DNA from: Ignavibacteria bacterium UBA2373
GTDB lineage: Bacteria > Bacteroidota > Ignavibacteria > Kapaibacteriales > UBA961
NCBI GenBank assembly: GCA_002344005.1
Contig: DDTD01000046.1
Coordinates: forward strand, 317 to 64,316
Reading direction: 5' to 3'
DNA: 64,000 nucleotides
Under the pieces are notes generated by a model that ran no database searches, was not told where the DNA came from, and saw only the letters and a list, made by a program, of their open reading frames with translations. Position numbers and translations under genes: made by a program. How positions within the stretch are numbered: the first letter of the stretch is position 1; each line of letters begins with the position of its first letter. Below, in pieces: positions 29,475-38,880 of the stretch.

Positions 29475-29963
29475 TTATCGAACAAAAGCGGGAGATATTT
29501 TCTTAATTATCTTAGGAATAATTTCCATTATTTGTTCTTTTGGTTTAAACAAATTTTTTGCTTGATATATAGGATCCGGTAATTTTGTAGAAACTTCATA
29601 GATATAAGCATTGACTAACAATTTATCACCTTGCAGATTAAAACCACCGGAGACTACGCGCTTAATATTAAGCAATGCTACCGCTTTCCACATATCGGAA
29701 TCATATTGCGGGTTTTGCGGATCAAGATTAAGTGAAGCTAAAACTTCATTTACGGAATCGGATGGTACAACGTGGACAAATTTTTCTTGCGGATCCGTTT
29801 TTGCTAATTCCACTGCGACACTATCAGCCAATTGTGTACACAATGGGGTCAAAGATAACAGCCCGTCCATATTACGGAATGGCAACACTGCGACACGTTC
29901 CTGTGCCATAAGATTGAGCGAAAAAAACACATAGCAGATGATAGAAGAAAATAATAGTTTCAT
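29475..29963 (-). CDS. hypothetical secreted protein
   Basis: Start taken at MKLLFSSIICYVFFSLNLMAQ (signal peptide). ERVAVLPFRN resembles the N-termini of LpoB/FlgO/TolB-like envelope proteins, but the match is weak. Confidence 0.5.
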   Translation of the reverse strand: MKLLFSSIICYVFFSLNLMAQERVAVLPFRNMDGLLSLTPLCTQLADSVAVELAKTDPQEKFVHVVPSDSVNEVLASLNLDPQNPQYDSDMWKAVALLNIKRVVSGGFNLQGDKLLVNAYIYEVSTKLPDPIYQAKNLFKPKEQIMEIIPKIIKKISPAFVR

Positions 29964-29982
29964 AACTTCAACATTATATAAT

Positions 29983-30294
29983 TTACGATGACGAATTTTG
30001 TGATTCAATAAAGTGTTTTATATCTTGTAAACGTTGCACAATTGTTTTTGCAAAATCTTCAGCATTGTCAAAATCATTTTGTTCGGCAAGTGCCATCATC
30101 TTTATTCCCATATCACGCAGATCTTCAAAACCAAATTGTGCAGCACTTCCTTTAAGAGTATGCCCAAAACGACGCAAATCTGCGCTATTCTTCGTCGAGA
30201 TAAGCTTCGGTAATACATGTTCCATATCGAACAACCAAGAATCTAAAAATTCCGGTAATAACTCCAAAATAATTTCATCTTCTGGCAATTTCAT
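29983..30294 (-). CDS. Hpt (histidine phosphotransfer) domain protein
   Basis: HTLKGSAAQFGF, the HxxKG phospho-His motif, in a 103-aa helical protein. Confidence 0.75.
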   Translation of the reverse strand: MKLPEDEIILELLPEFLDSWLFDMEHVLPKLISTKNSADLRRFGHTLKGSAAQFGFEDLRDMGIKMMALAEQNDFDNAEDFAKTIVQRLQDIKHFIESQNSSS

Positions 30295-30314
30295 GTATAT
30301 ACCTTAAATTAATA

Positions 30315-30731
30315 AAGTGTGAAAAGAACTGTAAGCCGAATTCTGTCTTCGTTATTGCTAACGGAGGCGACAATGTATCTGGAGATAATGTTGCCATTAT
30401 CTTCAAGCGGCGTACCCAAACAGCACGTCAAGTATTTCATTGACAAAAAAACGAGCAATTCTTTATTCATACGAATTACTGTTCCTATTTCGCCTTGCAC
30501 CACACGGGGTTTGCCATGCCATTACAGTCACCTGTAATGCGGTAAGCTCTTACCTCACCATTTCACCCTTGCTGTATATTTTCACATACAGCGGTTTCTT
30601 TTCTGTTGCACTTTCCGTCGGCTCATATTGTTACCAATCATCACCGCCTTTATGTTATAAAGCGTGTTGCTCTTTGGTGTTCGGACTTTCCTCATTAAAA
30701 ATTAATGCTATCGCCCATTCTTCCCACACTT
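30315..30731 (-). ncRNA. rnpB: RNase P RNA, bacterial type A
   Basis: The minus strand reads ..AAUGAGGAAAGUCCGAACACC.. (P4 5' strand), ..ACGGAAAGUGCAACAGAAAAGAAACCGC.., ..GGGUGAAAUGGUGAGGUAAGAGCUUACCG.., ..GGCAAACCCC.. and ..ACAGAAUUCGGCUUACAG.. (P4 3' strand). A P1 helix forms between AAGUGUGGGAAGAA (5' end) and UUCUUUUCACACUU (3' end). Confidence 0.93.
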
Positions 30732-30746
30732 ACTGATTATTATATA

Positions 30747-31454
30747 TCACATACCGTCAGTAATAAGTATTCTCCCGCAATGTTCACATGTGAATATGAG
30801 ATCTAATTTTGTACGCATTTCAACTAATTTTTGGGGTGGTACTGCGCTAAAACATCCTGAACAACAATTACGACGTACTTTTACGGCAGCATCGGTGTGA
30901 AATGTTCTGATGCGCTCATACTCCTCTAGAATATTCGGCTGAATTGTAGTTGTAAGTTCTGTTCGCCGATGAATAAGATTACGAATTTCTTCACTATGAC
31001 TGCCGGAAAGTTCTTTGAGTTGACTTTCTTTTTCATCTAATATAGATTTTACCTCTTCATAATCTTTTTGCTGCTGGGTTAAAATCAAACGCAAATTGTC
31101 TTCTTTAATAGTTGAAGTACGTAATTTTTCATTAATACTTTCGCGTTCTTTTCTAATATTTTCTATTTCATTGGTGATGGCATCAAACTCTCTGTTGTTT
31201 CTCACTTGAAATTGTTGCTGTGCATACTTGGCTTCTTTGGTTTTTAAGTCCTCAAGCATGTGACCGGATTTTGCACGAAAATCTAAAAGTTCATCAAGTA
31301 ATGTCTGTGTTTCTTCTACTAAAGAGTTTTTCTGACGTAATTTTTTTTCGGCATCTTTTACTTCTCCCGGTAAATCTCCTAACTCTTGGTGGAATTCATC
31401 CATTTGTTCATCAATTTCAGCAAGTTGTGCGATGAATTGAATTTGTGCATGCAT
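30747..31454 (-). CDS. coiled-coil C4 zinc-ribbon protein (COG1579/DUF164-like)
   Basis: Long heptad-rich N-terminal region and a C-terminal CCSGC..(19)..CEHCGRIL zinc ribbon; 235 aa. Confidence 0.75.
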   Translation of the reverse strand: MHAQIQFIAQLAEIDEQMDEFHQELGDLPGEVKDAEKKLRQKNSLVEETQTLLDELLDFRAKSGHMLEDLKTKEAKYAQQQFQVRNNREFDAITNEIENIRKERESINEKLRTSTIKEDNLRLILTQQQKDYEEVKSILDEKESQLKELSGSHSEEIRNLIHRRTELTTTIQPNILEEYERIRTFHTDAAVKVRRNCCSGCFSAVPPQKLVEMRTKLDLIFTCEHCGRILITDGM

Positions 31455-31491
31455 AAAACAATATGTAAGTATGTATAAAAAATAAAGTATT

Positions 31492-32274
31492 TCAAATATA
31501 ATGTATCGGATTTGTGTTTACCATAGATTTCGAGAACTCTATATCCCCTACTTCTTCAGCTAATAGAGTATAAAGAATATCCGGAACATGTCTTTCCATT
31601 TCTTGATGCCCGACTTCAATGAGGGCTATAGTATCTTTAGCAGCATGAAAATTATGATATTTTGCATCAGCAGTGATGAATACTTCAGCTCCTTGTTTTA
31701 TTGCGCAATCAAGAAAATCATACCCACTTCCTGCCACGATAGCCACTCTGGAAACCAGCATGCTCGTATCGTATGCTGTATAGCGTACCCGCGAATCCAT
31801 GTGACGAGCAACAAATGTAGCTGCCTCTGCAATGTTCTTGGGTTCTTTCCATATTCCCAAGACCCCCATTCCTCGTTCTGAGTTATAGGCATTCGGCTGT
31901 AAATATCTACAATCACCAAGCTGTAGCATTTGTGCCAAAGCCATATTTGTACCACGGGGATGGGTATCAAGATTCGTATGTATGACAATAACAGCTATTC
32001 CGGCTGCAATCAAGCGAGTAATAACACGTCCAACACGACGGTCGGAAGTTATGGTTTGCAAAGGTAAAAAAATAAGCGGATGAAACGTCACTATGCAATC
32101 AAATCCACCGCTACATGCCTCAGTTGCAACCTCATCGGTAATTTCATAGGCAATCAGACAGCGAGTTATTTCCTTTTTACCGCTATCAAGTTGTAGTCCA
32201 ACCTTGTCATGCTCGATGGCTGAGTTCAAAGGGAAAATTGACTCCACTTTACGGAGAAAATGTTGCAGTTCCAT
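31492..32274 (-). CDS. Nif3-like dinuclear metal centre protein (YqfO/YbgI family)
   Basis: Start taken at MELQHFLRKVESIFP. Motifs DKVGLQ, VTFHPLIF, VIHTNLD and GHQEMERH are typical of the NIF3 family. Confidence 0.8.
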   Translation of the reverse strand: MELQHFLRKVESIFPLNSAIEHDKVGLQLDSGKKEITRCLIAYEITDEVATEACSGGFDCIVTFHPLIFLPLQTITSDRRVGRVITRLIAAGIAVIVIHTNLDTHPRGTNMALAQMLQLGDCRYLQPNAYNSERGMGVLGIWKEPKNIAEAATFVARHMDSRVRYTAYDTSMLVSRVAIVAGSGYDFLDCAIKQGAEVFITADAKYHNFHAAKDTIALIEVGHQEMERHVPDILYTLLAEEVGDIEFSKSMVNTNPIHYI

Positions 32275-32370
32275 GTAGTCTTTACTAATTTTACAACACA
32301 AATTTAAGGAAGTTGATGTGTGCAGCAATCCATTTTACCTATTGCATACACAATTCTATAAAAATTACTT

Positions 32371-33120
32371 ATGACATCATCTTCATTTATGCACTACATT
32401 TTTACAAAGGCAGCAATGCCTCTACTTATGGTTTTGCTTACATTGTTTGTTTCTAACAGCAATGTTTATGGTCAATTACCGGGTTTACCGCCATCTGATC
32501 CTTCAGATACAACGATGATTTTTTCAAGCCCCCGACCATTGATTTCCGATACAAATATCTTTCGTGCAAGAAAACAGGGCTTTGCGGGCGAATTGTACCT
32601 TTCTACACATGGATTCGGATTGGGTTTGGGTTATCAATGGGCTTTGAGCGAACAAATGGTTGTTTCGATAACTCTTGCCGGCTCGGGCGCGCGCAACACC
32701 GATGAGTTCGAGGTTTTTGACCGTTTTGGTATATATGTACCCAACAAAGTAAATCGTTTACTTATGTTTCCTTTACTCTTTGGCACGCGGTATCGTTTAT
32801 TCAAAGATGACATCACAGAAAGTTTACGTCCGCATATTTCTGCTGCTTTAGGAGCAACATTTATTATGGAAGGTCCTTATCAAGGACATGAACAAAATTT
32901 TTTCGGTTCTCTCCCCGATGCGCGTTGGTACACACGACCCGGCGGTTATCTGGGACTCGGTGCTAATATAGGCAATTTTGGCGGAGGCAATGCACTTGGT
33001 GTCGAAATCCGTTATTATTCAATCCCATTTGGTGGTAAAGGGCTGGAGAGCATCAAAGATTTACCGATTGAAAATTTTGGCGGTATTTTCCTTTGTCTGA
33101 ATTTTGGTGTGATTAACTAA
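32371..33120 (+). CDS. hypothetical outer-membrane beta-barrel-like protein
   Basis: Signal peptide (..LTLFVSNSNVYGQ) and Gly/aromatic-rich alternating segments. No assignable family. Confidence 0.5.
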   Translation: MTSSSFMHYIFTKAAMPLLMVLLTLFVSNSNVYGQLPGLPPSDPSDTTMIFSSPRPLISDTNIFRARKQGFAGELYLSTHGFGLGLGYQWALSEQMVVSITLAGSGARNTDEFEVFDRFGIYVPNKVNRLLMFPLLFGTRYRLFKDDITESLRPHISAALGATFIMEGPYQGHEQNFFGSLPDARWYTRPGGYLGLGANIGNFGGGNALGVEIRYYSIPFGGKGLESIKDLPIENFGGIFLCLNFGVIN

Positions 33121-33219
33121 TCAGGAAATTCAACTTTTTTACTCAATGATTATTCATTCGCATAGCACTACTGTTCTATAGTATTTCCGAATCATATACT
33201 CAGAATTCAGGTAATAACT

Positions 33220-33702
33220 TTACATAGGAATAAAAAGTGTCACACTCATGACATTATTATTAATTCCTTGAAAATTGGGTTTGAACATCGTGGAATTACG
33301 ACCATAGACTATTCGTACTCCAAACATACTAACTCCTATCTCTGGGCGGAAACGTAATCCCCAAGAAGAAAAATCTGTATAATATATAACACTACCGCCA
33401 AATGAAATAAACATATTAATTGTATAGGAAGCCTTCAGACCTACAAGTGGGTTATTGTTAGTAACCGAAGTTCCTAACTCCGCACTTAGCCCCAGACCAC
33501 CATACCCTTTAATTGATTTAGACTCTACCCACTCAATCTTTCGTCCAAACAGATACCCCGCCTCAACAAAAGTTTTATCCCAATTTTGCATTCCGACAAT
33601 CAATCCTTGAGTACTTTTTTCGTCAGCTTTTATAGGCATATCAGACAAAAGAAAGAAAAATATTGCACTACATAAATAATATGTTGAAAATCGTTTTTTC
33701 AC
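33220..33702 (-). CDS. hypothetical small outer-membrane beta-barrel-like protein
   Basis: Signal peptide (MKKRFSTYYLCSAIFFFLLSDMPIKA) and alternating hydrophobic/Gly-rich strands; 160 aa. Confidence 0.5.
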   Translation of the reverse strand: MKKRFSTYYLCSAIFFFLLSDMPIKADEKSTQGLIVGMQNWDKTFVEAGYLFGRKIEWVESKSIKGYGGLGLSAELGTSVTNNNPLVGLKASYTINMFISFGGSVIYYTDFSSWGLRFRPEIGVSMFGVRIVYGRNSTMFKPNFQGINNNVMSVTLFIPM

Positions 33703-33717
33703 ATCAGATAGAAAAAT

Positions 33718-35613
33718 TCAGATACCGGAACGTAATTGTTGTAGAAGATTATTTTTTTCTTTAGTCAAATTGGTTATGGTTTTTAATATTTCAATATCAG
33801 ATTCAATCAGATTATCAGATATTTTATTTTTAATTTCACTTACTTGTTTATCAATATTTTTGATACGTAAACGAAACAAGCAATCTGTCATAATTTTCTT
33901 TTGATTTTCATTGGGTATTTCCACTTCAAAATTTTTCCAATTTATACTTGGTGCATCACGTTTCATGACAATACCGGCTAAAAAATCACGCATAGCATCA
34001 TCGGTTTTTTCATGTTCAGCAATTGCCGAATACATATCCGGTACATTTGCATTCATCGCATCAATTGCCCTCAACAAAAGGGTTTTACCAAAGGGCGTTA
34101 TCATTGTGTCGGGACTCACTTCCAAGGTCTTTGTCATAAATCGCAAAACTTTGGGATTGGTAAGTATCAAACGCAGTAACTCTTTCTCTTCAGGCGCAAC
34201 TTCTTTCATTGGCTGTATCGGCTCCTCAGCGAGCATTTGTTGAGATTCAGTGTATGAGGAGTTTTTTTGATATGATACGAAACGCTGTTCACGCGGCATC
34301 CTGTTACGCTTTTTCATACGCACTTCATACTCTTCATACATGCGTCGCAACTGCATTTCGCTTAATCGCAAAGAATCCCACAACTGCTGCAGAAGCATAT
34401 CATGCTGCATGGTATCAGGAATACGGACAATGAGGTCAATAAGCTCACGTATTGCTTGTGCTAATCGCGGTGGGTCAGCCAGCACACCGTCTGAACGCAA
34501 TGCATTCAAACGAAACTCCAGAAAAGATTGTGCTGATAGCATTGCTGATCGGAAAGCGTCAGCTCCTCTGTTACGAATAAAACTATCTGGGTCTTCGCCT
34601 TCGGGAAACTGCATAATCTTCACATTGAACCCTTCTTCCAAAGCAAGCTCCAGCCCACGGATTGTCGCTGTTTGCCCTGCGCCATCACCATCGTATGCTA
34701 TAAATACATTTTTTGTAAAGCGGCTCAAAAGCTGTAATTGTTCACGGGTAAGTGCAGTACCGCTTGATGCTATTGTATGAGTAAATCCAAATTGATGTAG
34801 CGTTATCGTATCAGCATAACCTTCGGTCATTATGGCAGCATCCTGATTTCTAATAGCATTCTTTGCTTGATATAAACCATACAGCACACGACTTTTGCTA
34901 TAGAGTCCTGTTTCCGGCGAATTGATATACTTTGCCTGACCTTTCTCATCGGTTAATTGACGAGCACCAAACCCTATTGTGCGACCGGCAACATCATGTA
35001 TGGGAAACATCAATCTATTGCGGAAACGGTCATAGACAGCACCATCATCTTTACGAATAATCAGCCCCGCTTCTTCAAGGGTTTCTTCTTTAAAACCTTT
35101 TTTGACTAATCCTTCACACAAAAACTTCCATGCATCGGGTGAATACCCAAGTGAAAATTGTTGTACTATCTCATGTGAAAATCCACGTTTACTGATATAT
35201 GCCTGTGCCAGTAATGCCTCACGGTTTTTCAACATTTGGGCATAAAGTGTCTGTGCTTCCAGCATTACCGCTCTAAGAGTTTCCATTTTGTTCTGTGACT
35301 CATTATCCGATGAATCCTGTTCTTCCGGCAATACAATACCTGCACGACTTGCTAATTGTTTGACGGCTTCAATAAACGGTAACTTGTAATACTCCATCAT
35401 GTATGTGATAACATTACCGCCTTTGCCACAAGAAAAACACTTAAAAATCCCCATGTGAGGATTGACATTCATAGATGGATGCTTATCAGCATGAAAAGGA
35501 CATAAACCGACAAACGATTTGCCTTGTGGACGTAATCGAACTGTTTCTCCGATTATCTCCACTATATCGGAGCGGTTTCGAACTTCTTCTATCTGCGTTT
35601 CCTGTAGCTTCAT
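33718..35613 (-). CDS. dnaG: DNA primase
   Basis: Start taken at MKLQETQIEEVRNRSDIVEII. Zinc ribbon CPFHADKHPSMNV..FKCFSCGKGGNVI and TOPRIM motifs EGYADTI and YDGDGAG. Confidence 0.93.
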   Translation of the reverse strand: MKLQETQIEEVRNRSDIVEIIGETVRLRPQGKSFVGLCPFHADKHPSMNVNPHMGIFKCFSCGKGGNVITYMMEYYKLPFIEAVKQLASRAGIVLPEEQDSSDNESQNKMETLRAVMLEAQTLYAQMLKNREALLAQAYISKRGFSHEIVQQFSLGYSPDAWKFLCEGLVKKGFKEETLEEAGLIIRKDDGAVYDRFRNRLMFPIHDVAGRTIGFGARQLTDEKGQAKYINSPETGLYSKSRVLYGLYQAKNAIRNQDAAIMTEGYADTITLHQFGFTHTIASSGTALTREQLQLLSRFTKNVFIAYDGDGAGQTATIRGLELALEEGFNVKIMQFPEGEDPDSFIRNRGADAFRSAMLSAQSFLEFRLNALRSDGVLADPPRLAQAIRELIDLIVRIPDTMQHDMLLQQLWDSLRLSEMQLRRMYEEYEVRMKKRNRMPREQRFVSYQKNSSYTESQQMLAEEPIQPMKEVAPEEKELLRLILTNPKVLRFMTKTLEVSPDTMITPFGKTLLLRAIDAMNANVPDMYSAIAEHEKTDDAMRDFLAGIVMKRDAPSINWKNFEVEIPNENQKKIMTDCLFRLRIKNIDKQVSEIKNKISDNLIESDIEILKTITNLTKEKNNLLQQLRSGI

Positions 35614-35888
35614 AAGTACGATGTTGATAATGAGCGAACAAATATACTGACTCAATCTTATTCAGAACATTGTATCATGATATGATGCGAAACAAGAACA
35701 AGTAAAGAGCGTCCTTCAAAAAAACAAAGCAACAATGACGATAGTGCATTTATCGTCTCAAAGCCAAATAAAACGAAATTTATTAACTACTTTCAAGCCA
35801 AACAGCAATGCAAGTACTCAATGTTTTCGTCACGATTGCTTAATTTGCATATAAATTTTTGATAATACTAACAAAGTAATCGGAGAAA

Positions 35889-37091
35889 ATGAGTAAAATG
35901 GATTTATTTCAGAAGTGTGTTGAATTTACCAAAGCTGATGAAGTGAAAGCAGCTGGTCTGTATCCTTATTTCAGACCAATCGAAGAGAATGAAGGACCTG
36001 TAGTAAGCATAGAAGGAAGAAAAGTCATCATGGCAGGCTCGAATAATTATCTCGGTCTTACTGCCCACCCCAAAGTACGCCAAGCAGCAATTGATGCGAT
36101 TAACCGCTATGGCACAGGTTGTTCCGGATCGCGTTACTTGACAGGCACAATAGATCTGCATAATGAACTTGAAGAAAAGCTTGCAAAATTTTTAGGATAT
36201 GAGTCAATTTTATTATTTTCAACTGGTTACCAAACAGCTTTAGGAGCAATATCGGGTCTTGTAAGCAAAGGTGATTATGTTGTTTCCGATAAAGAGAATC
36301 ATGCTTGTATCATCAATGGTGCTATGTTAGCGAAAGGTGGGTTTGCCGAGTTTGTACGCTATAAACATAATGATATGGCAGACTTGGAAAAAACATTGCA
36401 ACGTATTCCGGACAATGCCGGTAAACTTGTTGTCACAGATGGCGTATTTTCCGTTTCGGGTGAATTGGTACATCTTCCCGAACTACTTGAAATTTCGCAC
36501 AAGTATGGAGCAAGAGTTCTTGTGGATGATGCTCATGCAACAGGTGTGGTTGGCGTTGGAGGACGTGGCACGGCAAGTCATTTCGGCGTAGTTGATAAAA
36601 CGGATATGACTATGGGAACCTTCTCCAAAACCTTTGCATCATTAGGTGGTTTCATTGGTGGTCCCGAGAGAGTAATTAATTTCCTAAAACATCATTCCCC
36701 TGCTTTAATTTTTAGTGCAAGTCCAACCCCTGCATCTTGCGCTGCAGCTTTGGCGGCACTTGAGATTCTTGAGGAACAGCCGGAGTTAGTAACCAAGCTT
36801 GTGGCTAATGCAGACAAAATGCGAAAAGGTTTTACGGATTTAGGTTTCACTATAATTGATAGCCGTACGGGCATAGTGCCTGTAATAGTTGGCGATGTGG
36901 AAAAAGCACTGTTCTTCTGGCGTAAACTGTATGATAAAGGCGTTTTTGTCAATGCATTTATTCCTCCGGGCGTTCCTCCCACGATGAGTATGATGCGCAC
37001 AAGCTATATGGCATCTCATGAAGATGAACATCTTGATCGTATTCTTGAGGTATTTGCTGAGGTTGGTAAAGAATTGGGCTTCATTGAGTAG
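35889..37091 (+). CDS. alpha-oxoamine synthase family PLP enzyme (serine palmitoyltransferase / KBL / BioF-like)
   Basis: [25 protein letters not shown] and [12 protein letters not shown] (PLP lysine). The N-terminal pattern is closest, from memory, to Bacteroidota SPT. Confidence 0.8.
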   Translation: MSKMDLFQKCVEFTKADEVKAAGLYPYFRPIEENEGPVVSIEGRKVIMAGSNNYLGLTAHPKVRQAAIDAINRYGTGCSGSRYLTGTIDLHNELEEKLAKFLGYESILLFSTGYQTALGAISGLVSKGDYVVSDKENHACIINGAMLAKGGFAEFVRYKHNDMADLEKTLQRIPDNAGKLVVTDGVFSVSGELVHLPELLEISHKYGARVLVDDAHATGVVGVGGRGTASHFGVVDKTDMTMGTFSKTFASLGGFIGGPERVINFLKHHSPALIFSASPTPASCAAALAALEILEEQPELVTKLVANADKMRKGFTDLGFTIIDSRTGIVPVIVGDVEKALFFWRKLYDKGVFVNAFIPPGVPPTMSMMRTSYMASHEDEHLDRILEVFAEVGKELGFIE

Positions 37092-37284
37092 GGATGAAAT
37101 GGAAATGTAATCGTCTCTATTTTTTCCAAAGCGTCTCTTTGAAATGAACGTTCAAAAAAAATGATGAGCTCGCTGTAACAAAATTATTCGGGCTGCATTA
37201 CTATCCACAGAAGCCGGAACCGGTACGGAATCTGAAAGAGCAATCAACAAAATTTTTTATACTTTATCAATCAAAGGTTTCATT

Positions 37285-37998
37285 ATGAAAAACTCAGTTT
37301 TTGGCAAGTTCGCAAACCTCGCTCTTGCATTCGCCTTCGCAGCCACATTAGGTTTTGTTGGCTGTTCCAATGACTCAACTCCAGTTGCATCGAACGATGA
37401 CAATAGTTCAAACGAACAAGCATCCTTCGTGGTAACAGACAACATTACTACCGAAGCACTCTTTATGAACGGTATAACAACCGATTCTCCGGAGTGGGCA
37501 GCAACAGAATCAATGCGCGATAGTCGTAATGGTCGTCGCCCCGACGTAAGACGTGATGATTTGCGTGCTATACTTCCTTGTCTTCAATTGACAGCAGAAC
37601 AAAGAACAGGGCTTGAAACATTAATGACCGCACACCGTGATTGCGTAAAATCAGCACTTGATGCACATAAAGCAGCAACACAACCATTACGTGCACGCCT
37701 TCAAGAATTAGGTAAATCCCTTCGCGAACAAGTTAAAGCAGGCACAATCACACGTGAAGATGCGGCAGCACAAATGAGAGCTGCACAAGAAGCAGTTAAA
37801 GCACAAATGAAAGCCGCCGATGAAGCTCTCAAAGCAGCACTCGAAGCTTGCAAAACAAGACTCTATACACAAATCGCAGGTCTCTTGACTCCTGAACAAC
37901 TTAGAATATGGAACAATTGGTTAGCAACAGGTGAAGTTCCTTGCCCACGTGGTCCTCGCGACGGTAAACCACGCGATTCCGTAAGAGTAAGAAACTAA
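37285..37998 (+). CDS. Spy/CpxP-like (LTxxQ motif) periplasmic lipoprotein
   Basis: Lipobox (..ATLGFVGCSND). LTAEQRTGL and LTPEQLRIW motifs. Ala/Arg/Gln-rich helical region. Sampled lines give about 48-52% GC. Confidence 0.6.
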   Translation: MKNSVFGKFANLALAFAFAATLGFVGCSNDSTPVASNDDNSSNEQASFVVTDNITTEALFMNGITTDSPEWAATESMRDSRNGRRPDVRRDDLRAILPCLQLTAEQRTGLETLMTAHRDCVKSALDAHKAATQPLRARLQELGKSLREQVKAGTITREDAAAQMRAAQEAVKAQMKAADEALKAALEACKTRLYTQIAGLLTPEQLRIWNNWLATGEVPCPRGPRDGKPRDSVRVRN

Positions 37999-38045
37999 GA
38001 ACATACAGTAGTATTTTTTTCACCACAATGTGGTACATAAAGAAA

Positions 38046-38075
38046 CCCCTCAGCTAAAAAGCTAAGGGGTTTTTT
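38046..38075 (+). terminator. rho-independent terminator
   Basis: cccctcagc-taaaaa-gctaagggg stem (one mismatch) followed by tttttt. Confidence 0.7.
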
Positions 38076-38300
38076 AGTTCTATGAAGCCCGTACTTTCCT
38101 TTTGTATCGCCATACTTTGTTCTGCAACCACATTTTTCTTTATCCATAACTCAGCGTGATTCAGTATTTTTGAAGGACAATGTTCTAAAAGTTGTAATGA
38201 CTAAGAAATTGAAGATGCAACTTTTTGAGTAGATAACCATAATTACATTCATAAATGTCATTGACTATCAAGTCATGTAGATTTTATCTGATAGACTATT

Positions 38301-38870
38301 ATGGAATTATTAGACCCATTAGATCCACTGCTGAAAACATTCTGGTACATTGCTATACCAAGCAGTATTATTTTTTTGCTTCAATCAATCATGACATTGA
38401 TAGGCAGTAGTTCCCATTATGCAGATTCTATTGAATTGAGTCATAGCACCGAAGTGACTACACATGATACACCGTTTCAGTTATTCTCTTTACGTAATCT
38501 GATCAACTTTCTTTTGGGATTCAGTTGGGGCGGTATTGCTTTTCACTCTGTTATTGAAAACTCTTTTCTGCTTATCACTTTTTCCTTCGGCATAGGCACA
38601 CTCTTCGTTTTTTCTTTTTTTGCCATTATTAAACTTATTCTTAAACTTGCTGAAGATAATACATTCACTATGGAGCAAACACTCTTCAAAACGGGAGAAG
38701 TATATCTGACAATTCCTGAAAAAAGAACAGGTAAAGGCAAAGTGCTCATAAGTGTCAACGGTGCCGTTCACGAATTGGATGCAATGACAGAATATGATGC
38801 AATTCAGACCAATACACCGATAAAAGTAATTAATATTGAACATACAATTCTTCTTGTAGAACCCTTATAA
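38301..38870 (+). CDS. YqiJ/NfeD-like membrane protein with a C-terminal OB-fold domain
   Basis: Hydrophobic segments followed by GEVYLTIPEKRTGKGKVLISVNGAVHELDAMTE..IKVINIE, typical of an NfeD-type OB domain. It lies 10 nt upstream of a flotillin gene, as in yqiJ-yqiK. Confidence 0.65.
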   Translation: MELLDPLDPLLKTFWYIAIPSSIIFLLQSIMTLIGSSSHYADSIELSHSTEVTTHDTPFQLFSLRNLINFLLGFSWGGIAFHSVIENSFLLITFSFGIGTLFVFSFFAIIKLILKLAEDNTFTMEQTLFKTGEVYLTIPEKRTGKGKVLISVNGAVHELDAMTEYDAIQTNTPIKVINIEHTILLVEPL

Positions 38871-38880
38871 TAATAGTCTT

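Noticed and set aside
30309-30736. ORFs 30309..30503 (-), 30319..30537 (+) and 30440..30736 (+)
   Set aside because: All overlap the RNase P RNA gene, whose conserved P4 and other universal sequence blocks are unambiguous on the minus strand.
33911-34780. Plus-strand ORFs (110, 74 and 146 aa) inside dnaG, and similar antisense or alternate-frame ORFs inside murA (58975..59361), rnr (61568..61900), the SPT-like gene (36692..37000), the P-ATPase gene (42723..43883), tsaD/cinA (28056..28447) and ribH (24445..24690)
   Set aside because: These are shadow ORFs within strongly supported genes. Their peptides are low-complexity (Ser/Ala/Arg-rich) with no motifs.
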